A program made the translations under genes and the position numbers. Under the pieces are notes generated by a model that saw only the letters and a program-made list of their open reading frames with translations, was not told where the DNA came from and ran no database searches. This document shows, piece after piece, positions 62,712-64,000 of a DNA stretch of 64,000 nt; position 1 is the first letter of the stretch, and every line of letters begins with the position of its first letter. Source of the DNA: Catajapyx aquilonaris (Eukaryota); assembly GCA_000934665.2 (NCBI GenBank), contig KZ538445.1, positions 1 to 64,000 of the forward strand, in the 5' to 3' direction.

Positions 62712-63164
62712 CAGTGTTACCAGATGTACCATAATTATGGTATTCATACCATAATTTCGGGTTCCGTACCATGTACCATAATGGTACGCAAAAAGTACCA
62801 TTATTTTGTCAAGTCCAATGTTACTCTGCAATTCCACTTCCATGAAAAGCGTGATACCAATTTAACCACATATACACCTATTCAAATCTCCCAGTAGGTT
62901 ACATTCACCAAAACTTGTGTGACCTTGAACCAAAAGAAAATTTTCGCCTGCGGCGCGCTTTTCCCTCCCCGCCAGTACTTTACTACTTTCCCCGGTTTCG
63001 ACTACTTTATCATGGTTAACTTTTTAATTACGGCTATTTAAATTTAAATTGTCTTTAATTAACATTAATTACGCCATTTTTGAAATGTACCATCTTTTCC
63101 GGAAAAGTACCATTTATTTCGAGGGTTGGTACCATTTACTCGATCTCACGATCTGGCAACTCTG
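62712..63164. mobile_element. Non-autonomous hAT element just upstream of pch2
   Basis: TIRs CAGTGTTACCAGAT / ATCTGGCAACTCTG; perfect TSD CTCTAGTG (62704-62711, 63165-63172); repeated subterminal GTACCAT motifs. Confidence 0.88.
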
Positions 63165-63223
63165 CTCTAGTGCCAGTTGGTAGGACAAAAGGACCGGGTC
63201 AGGTCAGTCGGGTCAAGGGTCGC

Positions 63224-63926
63224 ATGCAGACATTGCGGAGAGAGATGGAGACGGATAAGGGTGAGGGGAGCGTGGTGGTGCATGTGGAGGTGAGGCTCAA
63301 AACGGCAGGGTTCAAGGCACAGCTGCAGCCCCACCTGGAGGAGATGGTGTCCCGCCTGGATGGGGTCACTTCAGGTCAGGTGGTGACCCAGTTCGAGGAA
63401 GGTCAGCTGAGGGACAACCTGGAGGAGGTCAGCTTCCACTTTGATGGGGAGGAGGAGGAGGTGCGACCTGCACATTGCCTGGTGGCGTACCACGTGTACA
63501 GGCTGGACGACAGCGGGCCTGAGCTGGAGGAGATGGACGAGGAGGGCGGCTTGGCCGCAGCCACCCACTGGGTCCTGCCCTCCAAGGAGCTCAAGGACCT
63601 CTGGAGCACGCTCATCTACGATACAGATGTCAAGGGAAAGGTAACGATCATGGAGCACCAGTTGGGCTCGGTAACCACAACTTTTGCGTAATCTGCAGCT
63701 GATTAGGTATATGGAAACCTGCCTGCTGTTTGCAGAGAAGAAGGTGAACCAGGATATTGTGAGCAACAATCAGCTGGTGCTGTTGTATGGACCGCCAGGG
63801 ACGGGGAAGACCTCGCTTTGCAAAGCGCTGGCTCAGAAGCTGACCATTCGTCTGGGCCACAAGTATGCATATGGACAGCTGATTGAGATCAACAGCCACA
63901 GCCTGTTTTCAAAGTGGTTCTCAGAG
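63224..63926 (+). CDS. pch2: Pachytene checkpoint 2 / TRIP13 AAA+ ATPase (5' part; continues past the window)
   Basis: Exons 63224 (or 63245)-63640 and 63699-63926. AATHWVLPS, Walker [18 protein letters not shown] and [14 protein letters not shown]. Confidence 0.93.
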
Positions 63927-64000
63927 GTAGGATATTGATCGGAATTTAGCATTGTGTTAGCATCCTGTTATGATTGCAATTTTTTAAACCACCAGAGCGG

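Overview
Eukaryotic, arthropod (most likely insect) genomic DNA with short GT-AG introns. Seven + strand protein-coding genes can be assembled exon by exon with matching intron phases: REXO4, CNBP, SRPK (about 38 kb, with a 33-kb intron), POLR3K/RPC11, YRDC/Sua5, a PLEKHM1-like RUN + Rubicon-homology gene, and the 5' part of pch2/TRIP13. Introns carry many small non-autonomous DNA transposons (hAT with 8-bp TSDs, PIF/Harbinger-like with TAA TSDs, fold-backs), tRNA-derived SINEs and minisatellites. Three observations stand out. (1) POLR3K, YRDC and PLEKHM1 are packed 63 and 77 nt apart, and an intron bridges the YRDC stop and the PLEKHM1 start, suggesting an operon-like tricistronic mRNA. (2) The large SRPK intron holds an array of candidate alternative first exons that end in the same phase-2 donor and fit one constant kinase exon; two encode putative transmembrane anchors. 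(3) CNBP has two alternative terminal exons that switch the protein between 5 and 7 CCHC zinc knuckles. All splice and transcript models were inferred by eye from genomic sequence and need RNA evidence.
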